Of a stretch of 27,730 bases of DNA, positions 10,164 to 16,855 are shown one piece after another. Position 1 is the first letter of the stretch; every line of letters begins with the position of its first letter. A model generated the notes under the pieces. The model did not search any database, was not told the DNA's origin, and worked only from the letters and a program-made list of their open reading frames with translations. The translations under genes were made by a program, and so were the position numbers. Source of the stretch: a virus (Duplodnaviria > Caudoviricetes); IMG/VR virus record IMGVR_UViG_3300036546_000088, positions 1-27,730 of that record. One strand, 5' to 3'.

Positions 10164-10297
10164 TAAATTTAAATATATTTTGACAGCAGTAACAAGCTAC
10201 TAACTTAACTTTTTGTTTTAAGTTAAAGGGTATTTCTACCCCAAGTAGTAGTGAGTATTTCTACTCGTTTGTTACATAAGATAATCTCTTACCTTAT
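10137..10297 (-). ncRNA. Putative ~160-nt structured small RNA
   Basis: Has its own consensus promoter and terminator, six nested or adjacent stems and three GNRA tetraloops; the only AUG in its body is followed at once by UAA. Confidence 0.75.
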
Positions 10298-10302
10298 ACT
10301 TA

Positions 10303-10331
10303 ATTATAGCAAGTATATTATATCTTGTCAA
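10303..10331 (-). promoter_or_regulatory. Consensus sigma70 promoter TTGACA-N17-TATAAT with extended -10
   Basis: Minus strand TTGACAagatataatatactTGcTATAAT, with an AT-rich UP-like tract upstream. Confidence 0.9.
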
Positions 10332-10360
10332 GCATTTTTTTGTAATATTTTTAAAAATAT

Positions 10361-10606
10361 TTAAAGATTCTTACAGATGTGTTCTTTATACCACCCAATA
10401 ATATTCATTTCCTCAAAGAAATCTTCTGCTTGTTTAAAGGCTTCATCTTCTTCCACCCCTTCATTCTTTAAAGTCTCTACTGATTCTAGAATGATACGGT
10501 TCTTAAATACCTCTATTGTATCTTTAGCTAAGCCAACTACCACTTCTGTAGCTTGGATAAAATCTTGTAAATCTTCTTGTTTAATTTTTAATTGTGTATT
10601 AGACAT
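10361..10606 (-). CDS. Hypothetical protein
   Basis: 81-aa acidic ORF with AGAGG RBS, in the leftward gene string. Confidence 0.75.
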   Translation of the reverse strand: MSNTQLKIKQEDLQDFIQATEVVVGLAKDTIEVFKNRIILESVETLKNEGVEEDEAFKQAEDFFEEMNIIGWYKEHICKNL

Positions 10607-10637
10607 TGTAAATATATTCCTCTTTATAATTTAATGT

Positions 10638-11174
10638 TTAGAACCATTGGATTTGAGTATAGTGGTTATCAAAAGGATTATCTCGTATATGTTTTACACG
10701 AGTATAACCTTCAGGGTTATCAATGAAGTGTTTTGCTACTAGAATATCAATCATAAATCTAGTTTTAACACCATTAACAATTCTTTGGAAACACAGACGT
10801 TGGTCTTTATCTGCAGAACCTTTACAGTAAGTTTTGCACTCTACAAATTTACAGAATGTTTTACCATGAATAGTGATTGTTTTCTTCTGTAGTAAGGAAC
10901 CGAAGTCTGTGATGTATAAATCTTCTTGAATATAGTCTAAGCTATCAAGGCGTTCTGTTGGGTCAAACTCATAGTCATCATCAAACCAGTCATTCTTCTT
11001 AAACAACTCTTGTTTAACATTGTTAAAAAGATTACATCCATTAGTTGACAGAGCTTCTACAGTAGAGTATAGTTCTTTATAAGGATACTCAAGAAAGCGT
11101 GATAGAGCAGTTAGGTTAGTTATTTGTTCAGATACACACAGATTTAGTAATTCTTTATATGTGGTATTAAGCAT
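10638..11174 (-). CDS. Degenerate HNH-endonuclease-like protein
   Basis: C-terminal IDILVAKHFIDNPEGYTRVKHIRDNPFDNHYTQIQWF resembles the phage HNH consensus vHRLVA.aFipNP....VnH.d....nN...NLeW, with several substitutions. Confidence 0.7.
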   Translation of the reverse strand: MLNTTYKELLNLCVSEQITNLTALSRFLEYPYKELYSTVEALSTNGCNLFNNVKQELFKKNDWFDDDYEFDPTERLDSLDYIQEDLYITDFGSLLQKKTITIHGKTFCKFVECKTYCKGSADKDQRLCFQRIVNGVKTRFMIDILVAKHFIDNPEGYTRVKHIRDNPFDNHYTQIQWF

Positions 11175-11826
11175 GGTTAGATTCCTCTTTTAGTTTTTGT
11201 TGTTGTTCTTTTAACTTAAGTAAACCTAGTGTATTACCTTGCATGTAATCTGGATTAGTGTAGCAAGTTTTACCATAGTAGTTTGTTAATGAATTATTCC
11301 AAGTAGTTAAGATTGTTTTTGGAGCTTCAACTGAGTATACTGTTAAAGTAACAGAGCCGTTTTCATGTTCAAAGATTTCATCAATACAAACAAAGATTAT
11401 GTAGTTTATTTTATTCTTGTTGTATTTGTTAACATGGTATGGTAAAATTTGGCCTAGTTGGTGATGAGAGCGACAACCTTTAACTTCAAAATCTAAAGTC
11501 TTACCTTTAGGAGTTTTAATGAAGAAGTCGCCTCTATCTTTATATTCACGAATATAACCTACACCACGTTCTCTTTCTAGTTTACCTAACCAATGAAAGG
11601 TAGAGTTCTCTAATGAATTAGTAATATCACATACTTGTTTTACATAACACATACCTGCATATTCTGATAACACACCAACTAAACAAGAGGATAGAGTATT
11701 GTAACACTGATTTTCTTTACGAGAGTTTTTCTTCTCCCAAGATAAATATTCTTTTTCAGCAAGTTTATAAAGGGAAGTGAAAGTTTCATCTTTGATAGTG
11801 AAAGTATTTTTAACTGTGTAGTTCAT
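11167..11826 (-). CDS. PD-(D/E)XK (restriction endonuclease-like fold) nuclease
   Basis: Helix Glu in GVLSEYA, then RGDF, then DFEVKG, giving the E...D...ExK catalytic pattern. Confidence 0.65.
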   Translation of the reverse strand: MNYTVKNTFTIKDETFTSLYKLAEKEYLSWEKKNSRKENQCYNTLSSCLVGVLSEYAGMCYVKQVCDITNSLENSTFHWLGKLERERGVGYIREYKDRGDFFIKTPKGKTLDFEVKGCRSHHQLGQILPYHVNKYNKNKINYIIFVCIDEIFEHENGSVTLTVYSVEAPKTILTTWNNSLTNYYGKTCYTNPDYMQGNTLGLLKLKEQQQKLKEESNHA

Positions 11827-11870
11827 TAGGTATTACCTTTAGTAGTATGATTTATTCAACTGAGAGGGGT

Positions 11871-12134
11871 TTAAAATTTAGTAGTGAGTTGTCGATGGAG
11901 GGTATTTACAATTTCGATAAGTTCTCTTTCTGTGGAACCATACATTTCTAGATAATATTTATCTCGTGCTGCTTGTAGAACAGCTTCTTGACTATCAGTA
12001 AATATAGAACCTTGTTCATTATAATCTTCTACTTTATCTTGAAGAAATTCATTAGTTGGTTGGTCAAGAGTTGGATATTCAATTGGTGTAATGGGATAAG
12101 GTAAACCACCATTAGTTTTAGTGTTAATAGCCAT
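11871..12134 (-). CDS. Hypothetical protein
   Basis: 87-aa ORF coupled to the upstream ORF through a TAATG overlap at 12134. Confidence 0.7.
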   Translation of the reverse strand: MAINTKTNGGLPYPITPIEYPTLDQPTNEFLQDKVEDYNEQGSIFTDSQEAVLQAARDKYYLEMYGSTERELIEIVNTLHRQLTTKF

Positions 12135-12307
12135 TATTCTTCAACCTCATTTACTTGATGTTTATCATTTAAATTCTTCTTAAAGTCTTCGAAAGTTTCA
12201 GTAATTTGTTGAGAATGATAATCGAAATGAGAATCAATCTTATTCAAGAGTTGAGTTAGGAGTGAATCAATCTCTTCGAGAGTCATTTCAAGTTTGTCTT
12301 TAGACAT
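12134..12307 (-). CDS. Hypothetical protein (MSKDKLE..., probable start 12307)
   Basis: AAGGA RBS precedes the ATG at 12307; the longer track start at 12421 lies at the predicted transcription start. Confidence 0.65.
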   Translation of the reverse strand: MSKDKLEMTLEEIDSLLTQLLNKIDSHFDYHSQQITETFEDFKKNLNDKHQVNEVEE

Positions 12308-12426
12308 TGTGTTTTCCTTTATTAGTATAGAATTAGGATTTAGTAGGTAGTTGAAAGGAGAGAAGTGGAGGTTTATGGCAGTCTGTATGGGAGATTTTAA
12401 TTTATTTTTCCTCCACTTCATAAGAT

Positions 12427-12455
12427 ATTATAACAAGTATCAGTGGGTATGTCAA
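12427..12455 (-). promoter_or_regulatory. Consensus sigma70 promoter TTGACA-N17-TATAAT with extended -10
   Basis: Minus strand TTGACAtacccactgatactTGtTATAAT. Confidence 0.9.
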
Positions 12456-12459
12456 CAGT

Positions 12460-12675
12460 TTATTTAATATTTTTTAACTTATTTCTAGTCTTATTAACAA
12501 CTACTTGTTTATCATTGTATTTTAAGTGTTTAAAGGATTTAAGGAAGACTTTCTCTTCCTCTGTTAACATATTAATCATGATAGGTGTATATGATAGTGG
12601 ATATTCAAATGTGGTTGAACTGTCTTGTTTCAAGTATTCAATAGCTTCTATAATGTTGGCATATTTAATTATCAT
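12460..12675 (-). CDS. Hypothetical protein
   Basis: 71 aa; ATGA overlap with the upstream ORF and a GAGG RBS. Confidence 0.6.
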   Translation of the reverse strand: MIIKYANIIEAIEYLKQDSSTTFEYPLSYTPIMINMLTEEEKVFLKSFKHLKYNDKQVVVNKTRNKLKNIK

Positions 12676-12842
12676 TTATTTACCTCGTAGAAATTATCTT
12701 CTGAGTATTCTTCTTCAAATAAGAACATTGCATCTTCTGGCACACGTTCATATTCTTTACCTGAATGTTTACGAACCTTACCTTGTCTCATTACTCTATG
12801 ACAATTTCCAGAACATAAACCATCAATACAACCACCACACAT
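12672..12842 (-). CDS. 56-aa Cys-rich protein, not in the ORF track
   Basis: Manual translation MCGGCIDGLCSGNCHRVMRQGKVRKHSGKEYERVPEDAMFLFEEEYSEDNFYEVNK; stop/start overlaps on both sides. Confidence 0.7.
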   Translation of the reverse strand: MCGGCIDGLCSGNCHRVMRQGKVRKHSGKEYERVPEDAMFLFEEEYSEDNFYEVNK

Positions 12843-13000
12843 TATTCTACTTCCTTCTTAACTACATCATATTGATTAGACCATAACATCATATCTTGTT
12901 TAAGTTCGTAGAAGGAAGCTTCCTTATTAAAGTATCTTGTGATTGTTTCATCTAGCATATCTTCTAGTGTTTGAAGAATCAAAGCATTATTAACTGTCAT
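12842..13000 (-). CDS. 52-aa hypothetical protein, not in the ORF track
   Basis: Manual translation MTVNNALILQTLEDMLDETITRYFNKEASFYELKQDMMLWSNQYDVVKKEVE; AAGGTG RBS; TAATG coupling downstream. Confidence 0.7.
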   Translation of the reverse strand: MTVNNALILQTLEDMLDETITRYFNKEASFYELKQDMMLWSNQYDVVKKEVE

Positions 13001-13017
13001 AATATATACACCTTTTA

Positions 13018-13206
13018 TTATTTTAATTTAGTAGGTTTGTTAATTTTCAAATCAACATAATGTTCAATGAGTTCACTATATTGTTTCTTTAAGATAGCTA
13101 GAAGTTTATCAATATCTTCTTTGTCAGCATCTGTGATTGGTAAACCTCTGTTAGTTCTTAAATCATACTTTAAATAATCACGAAGTTCTTTATATGGGTA
13201 AGCCAT
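13018..13206 (-). CDS. Hypothetical protein
   Basis: 62 aa with AGAGG RBS, first gene after the promoter at 13281-13309. Confidence 0.7.
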   Translation of the reverse strand: MAYPYKELRDYLKYDLRTNRGLPITDADKEDIDKLLAILKKQYSELIEHYVDLKINKPTKLK

Positions 13207-13280
13207 GTTTCTTTCCTCTTTTGGCTAATTGATATTTGGTAGGATTAATTTTATTTTTGTTTCTCCCTACCTCATAAATT

Positions 13281-13309
13281 ATTATAACGTTATTAACAGA
13301 GTAAGTCAA
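13281..13309 (-). promoter_or_regulatory. Sigma70 promoter TTGACT-N17-TATAAT
   Basis: Minus strand TTGACTtactctgttaataacgtTATAAT, with an AT-rich tract upstream. Confidence 0.85.
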
Positions 13310-13339
13310 TACTTTTAACAATTATTTTAAATATTTTTA

Positions 13340-13660
13340 TTATTCTGTAATATCCAGTGGTTTACATTGAATTTGAAACTTCTTAGGTTGTGGCTTCTCT
13401 TTAAGCCAAATTAGGAACAAATCTTCTGCAATATCTTTCATAAAACCTTCTTTACCTTTAAGCATCTTGTAGTATTGAATCTTTTCTCTACGGTCTAACT
13501 TATACATGGAACCTTTAATTTCTACGTCTAAACCTTTAAACAAATCTATATTACGACCTTTACGAAGTTTAGCTGATTTCTGTCCCATTGCTTGTGCTTG
13601 CTTATCAATATCTTTATATGATGCAAATTCATAGTTGATTTGTTCTTTAGGTTGTGGCAT
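13340..13660 (-). CDS. Basic hypothetical protein
   Basis: 106 aa, Lys-rich, strong AGGAGG RBS, downstream of the polymerase gene. Confidence 0.75.
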   Translation of the reverse strand: MPQPKEQINYEFASYKDIDKQAQAMGQKSAKLRKGRNIDLFKGLDVEIKGSMYKLDRREKIQYYKMLKGKEGFMKDIAEDLFLIWLKEKPQPKKFQIQCKPLDITE

Positions 13661-13766
13661 TATGCCTCCTGTATGTTCGTGTATGGTTATATAGAAGCTT
13701 TTAAGTTATAAGTGATAGATAGTGTCATTATAGAAGTAAAAGCTGCTTATGGACATTATAAGTGCA

Positions 13767-15338
13767 TTAAAATGGACATTCATTATTTACGAAGAAGTCA
13801 GAAAACATGTTACTATCTTCCCAAGATGGTGTATACTCATCTTCATAGTAAGGTAGATTATCCACTTGGTGATATTGGTTAGTGGTTCTTGATTCTAGAG
13901 AAGATAGGAAACTATCTACACATGAATCTGATACAAAGGAATCTTCATAATAAGATAGTGGAATTTCTTCTTGAGTATGTGCTTCACCTACTTCAACAAT
14001 CGGTTCTACTTCTTGAGAGGTAGTGGTAGTAACAGATTTTATTGGTGTATCCCAACCATGTTCTTTTTTAAGTTTGCAAGATTTAAGTGAACCCATAACA
14101 TTCAACCATGCTTCTTGCATCACTGAATAAAGTTCATCACGGTGTTGACACTCTACAACAAATGAATCATGATAAGACAAACATACAATACCTTTAGCTG
14201 TGAAGTGGTCAATAACATATTCAGCCATTGATGATTCCCAGTTCTGTAGAATACGGTATTGCTCTTTGTTGAAGAAGTTGTCAGCCATGAAAGCATTATG
14301 ATTGGTAAACATTTCTAAAACTTGAGTAGAAGTTAGTTGACCAGCATACTCACTTTTGTTAATCTTCAACTTAATAGAAGTTTTAGCACCAGATTCAGAT
14401 TGACTAAACAGTGCAGGGAATAGTAATGATTTACAGAAATCACGTGAAAGAGATTCAACACCATAGGCATCAAAGTCTTCACCTAATTCAATACCTTTGC
14501 TTGCAGCAATCATACGTGGTTGACAATTAGCGTAATCAACAGAACAGGTTTTGTTACCGTTGATGATAATACCAGCACGTAGATAAGATAGTTCATTCTG
14601 GAAACCACTAATGTAACGTCCACATGCTAGTAGATTATCTTCAAAGCGGCGTTTATAAATAATACAATTATGAATCTCACCATCAATGATGATAACAGAT
14701 TGTTCAATAAGTTTATTGTATTTAAATAGATTATTACGTTTCTCTTTAAGACCTTTGAAACCACGACCTTTAGGAACCTTGAATACAAACTCTTTATCTT
14801 TAACAAGATTACCTTTTTCATTGATACGTTTGATACGCTTAGTAAGTTTAGAATCAACAATCTCAATAACACTTAAAAGTTCCTCACGAGATTGACCATT
14901 ATGTTTAGCAATGGTAGAGTCAATCATAGGTAAGATACCTTTAAGAATAATAATGCTTGAACAACGTGTTTCTGCATCTAAGTAGAAACCTTTACAGAAA
15001 GTAATGTAACCTTCTTTATCAAGGATAGTTAGTAGTTCAGACATACGTTTAGAGGAGATTGCATTATTACGAGTAAGTTTAAATGTTTTATTAGCAGCTT
15101 GATAGTTAGCTTCTTTAAGAGAAATGTAGAAACCTTTAGTCTCATAACGAATACAACGTGCTGCATTGGTTAGGATAATACGTAACTCTCTATCATACTC
15201 TTGACCAACAACTTCTAGTAGGTTATTGTGAGCAGCTTTAAGAAAGTTATCTAGTTTCCAAATCAGAGGGGAATGGTCTTCGATGTTACGACGAACTTTA
15301 TTTAATTCTTCACCATTAAGTGTGATAAGATTTAGCAT
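13767..15338 (-). CDS. Stand-alone family-A DNA polymerase / T7-RNAP superfamily polymerase (TV-Pol-like)
   Basis: GRY...FQN pre-A motif; motif A SVDYANCQPRM (cf. PolA DYSQIELR); motif B RDFCK (RxxxK); LQNWES; motif C LSYHDSFVV. No exonuclease motifs seen. AAGGAG RBS. Confidence 0.8.
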   Translation of the reverse strand: MLNLITLNGEELNKVRRNIEDHSPLIWKLDNFLKAAHNNLLEVVGQEYDRELRIILTNAARCIRYETKGFYISLKEANYQAANKTFKLTRNNAISSKRMSELLTILDKEGYITFCKGFYLDAETRCSSIIILKGILPMIDSTIAKHNGQSREELLSVIEIVDSKLTKRIKRINEKGNLVKDKEFVFKVPKGRGFKGLKEKRNNLFKYNKLIEQSVIIIDGEIHNCIIYKRRFEDNLLACGRYISGFQNELSYLRAGIIINGNKTCSVDYANCQPRMIAASKGIELGEDFDAYGVESLSRDFCKSLLFPALFSQSESGAKTSIKLKINKSEYAGQLTSTQVLEMFTNHNAFMADNFFNKEQYRILQNWESSMAEYVIDHFTAKGIVCLSYHDSFVVECQHRDELYSVMQEAWLNVMGSLKSCKLKKEHGWDTPIKSVTTTTSQEVEPIVEVGEAHTQEEIPLSYYEDSFVSDSCVDSFLSSLESRTTNQYHQVDNLPYYEDEYTPSWEDSNMFSDFFVNNECPF

Positions 15339-15389
15339 TGAATGTCTCCTTTAGAGATGTTATAGTAGAGGTAATTATACCTCACAAGT

Positions 15390-15471
15390 TTTTATTGAAC
15401 ATACCCTTAGTATGGCTCTAGGCATTGGTATATAAGGGTTTAGTGAGATTATATTCTACATAATATCTTCT
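15390..15471 (-). repeat. 82-bp dispersed tripartite element, copy 2 (upstream of the polymerase)
   Basis: Reverse complement agaagatattatgtagaatataa...aaacccttat...aagggtatgttcaataaaa; gap-free alignment to the other copies. Confidence 0.9.
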
Positions 15472-15620
15472 GTTGTTAATTCTCTTTCTTCTTTATGTTC
15501 CTTACTCCACTCTCGTAGAATTCTCATTACCATTGTGTTCAATGAAATTCCTTGTTTATTAGCTTCATCTAGGATTTCATTAGTTACCCAGTTAGAAATC
15601 TTACAGTCTTTGATAATCAT
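15456..15620 (-). CDS. 54-aa Arc/CopG-like ribbon-helix-helix regulator, not in the ORF track
   Basis: Manual translation MIIKDCKISNWVTNEILDEANKQGISLNTMVMRILREWSKEHKEERELTTEDIM; the A..QGISLN..V..IL motif is typical of Arc-type RHH; AAGGAG RBS. Confidence 0.75.
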   Translation of the reverse strand: MIIKDCKISNWVTNEILDEANKQGISLNTMVMRILREWSKEHKEERELTTEDIM

Positions 15621-15692
15621 TGTGTTACTCCTTTAGAGTTTATTGATAGTATAATTGAGAGGTTTTAATTAAGAGTCTGTGCTCTATAATTA

Positions 15693-15722
15693 ATTATTGC
15701 ATGATAAGTGAGGTTGTGTCAA
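15693..15722 (-). promoter_or_regulatory. Sigma70-like promoter TTGACA-N18-AATAAT
   Basis: Perfect -35 and one-mismatch -10 preceded by TG; upstream of the RHH and polymerase genes. Confidence 0.65.
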
Positions 15723-15739
15723 GAAATATTTTAAATTAA

Positions 15740-15925
15740 TTATTTCCAACCTACTTCTGATGGTGTGAACTCTAGGTCTGTATCATTATCCATCATAATG
15801 ACTTGGGCAATCATATTATACCATATATGGTTATCATATATCATATGTGCTTCATGTGTCAACCATTGAATATACTCATCAGTAATGTTATCTAAATCAA
15901 CAACAGGGATTTGTGTCTTACTCAT
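15740..15925 (-). CDS. Hypothetical protein
   Basis: 61 aa; start overlaps the upstream ORF stop; AAGGA RBS. Confidence 0.65.
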   Translation of the reverse strand: MSKTQIPVVDLDNITDEYIQWLTHEAHMIYDNHIWYNMIAQVIMMDNDTDLEFTPSEVGWK

Positions 15926-16049
15926 CTTTAAATCCTTTATCTTTCAATTGGTTATCAATTTTATTAAGAGTTTCTTTAGTCTGTTCAGTAGAGTGTGTAT
16001 AGATTAAACCATAGACTGCAATACATAGTATAATTAGAGTGATAGTCAT
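15918..16049 (-). CDS. 43-aa single-pass membrane peptide, not in the ORF track
   Basis: Manual translation MTITLIILCIAVYGLIYTHSTEQTKETLNKIDNQLKDKGFKDE; AAGGAG RBS; first gene of the leftward arm. Confidence 0.65.
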   Translation of the reverse strand: MTITLIILCIAVYGLIYTHSTEQTKETLNKIDNQLKDKGFKDE

Positions 16050-16085
16050 TTAGACTCCTTAGTTTGTTTCTCTAGTTTATAATTT

Positions 16086-16114
16086 ATCATAACATTTAGA
16101 GAGGGTTCTGTCAA
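16086..16114 (-). promoter_or_regulatory. Sigma70 promoter TTGACA-N17-TATGAT (first leftward promoter)
   Basis: Minus strand TTGACAgaaccctctctaaaTGtTATGAT. Confidence 0.85.
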
Positions 16115-16129
16115 GGGTTTTAAGCTATC

Positions 16130-16160
16130 ACCCTCTAAATTAATTATAGATTGCTATAAT
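16130..16160 (+). promoter_or_regulatory. Putative rightward promoter ACCCTC-N19-TATAAT with extended -10
   Basis: ACCCTC at 16130-16135 and TGcTATAAT ending at 16160; start of the rightward arm. Confidence 0.65.
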
Positions 16161-16234
16161 AGTGCATGGAGAGTAACTGATTACTACTCTCATTCCTTAT
16201 TGAAATTCAAATAACACAAAGATAGAGGTATACG

Positions 16235-16414
16235 ATGCCAGATAATAAAGATTTAGTCAAGAAGAAAATATTCTTTGACCCACCAGTATACAAAATCCTT
16301 AAAGAAACCAGTGATAATACTGGTGATGGATTTAGTATTATTATCAATGAATTAATTAAAGAACATCTACCACATAACTATGACCCTACACATGAAGAGT
16401 ATGAAGATGAGTAA
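16235..16414 (+). CDS. 59-aa possible ribbon-helix-helix protein, not in the ORF track
   Basis: Manual translation MPDNKDLVKKKIFFDPPVYKILKETSDNTGDGFSIIINELIKEHLPHNYDPTHEEYEDE; GAGG RBS; strand-helix-G-x-x-x-S-helix pattern. Confidence 0.65.
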   Translation: MPDNKDLVKKKIFFDPPVYKILKETSDNTGDGFSIIINELIKEHLPHNYDPTHEEYEDE

Positions 16415-16814
16415 AGATAAGATTGGGAACCTGTTTAAAGATATGGCTCAGAAAGAAGTGTATTCTGCACAGAAGATTGCAATGAATGGTATTAAAGATG
16501 CCCTTACTTATCTTAAACTTACTCATAATTCTACTAAAGACTTTATTGAAGAAATCCTTGTGAAAGGTAATATCAATTGTGAGAAATTTCTTAATGCAGG
16601 TATGCTAGTTACCGAGGGTAAAGTTATTGCACTTAGTAAAGAGGATATTTCCAATTGTGACGATAGTCTTGAATCTCATATTGAACAATGTGGTAAAGAT
16701 AAAGCTATGTTGGAAAGTATGGCACGTTGGGTATATAAAGTTGAATTGGATAAACGTAGTTCATTTGATAAAATGGTTGCAGAATTGAGACAACAAGTAA
16801 GTAAAGAAGATTAA
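16407..16814 (+). CDS. Hypothetical protein (probable start 16407)
   Basis: In frame with track ORF 16380..16814; the ATG overlaps the end of the upstream 59-aa ORF. Confidence 0.7.
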   Translation: MSKDKIGNLFKDMAQKEVYSAQKIAMNGIKDALTYLKLTHNSTKDFIEEILVKGNINCEKFLNAGMLVTEGKVIALSKEDISNCDDSLESHIEQCGKDKAMLESMARWVYKVELDKRSSFDKMVAELRQQVSKED

Positions 16815-16855
16815 TAAATAGTCAATCCACTTCCCAACTGAGAGGAAACAATAAC

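Noticed and set aside
10189-10275. Resemblance of the small RNA to an sgRNA scaffold, tRNA or hammerhead ribozyme
   Set aside because: The UAGAAAUA likeness involves an engineered sgRNA loop. There is no T-loop or anticodon cloverleaf and no CUGANGA core.
12443-12886. 147-aa plus-strand ORF
   Set aside because: It is antisense to three coupled minus-strand ORFs with RBSs and overlaps a minus-strand promoter, so it is a shadow ORF.
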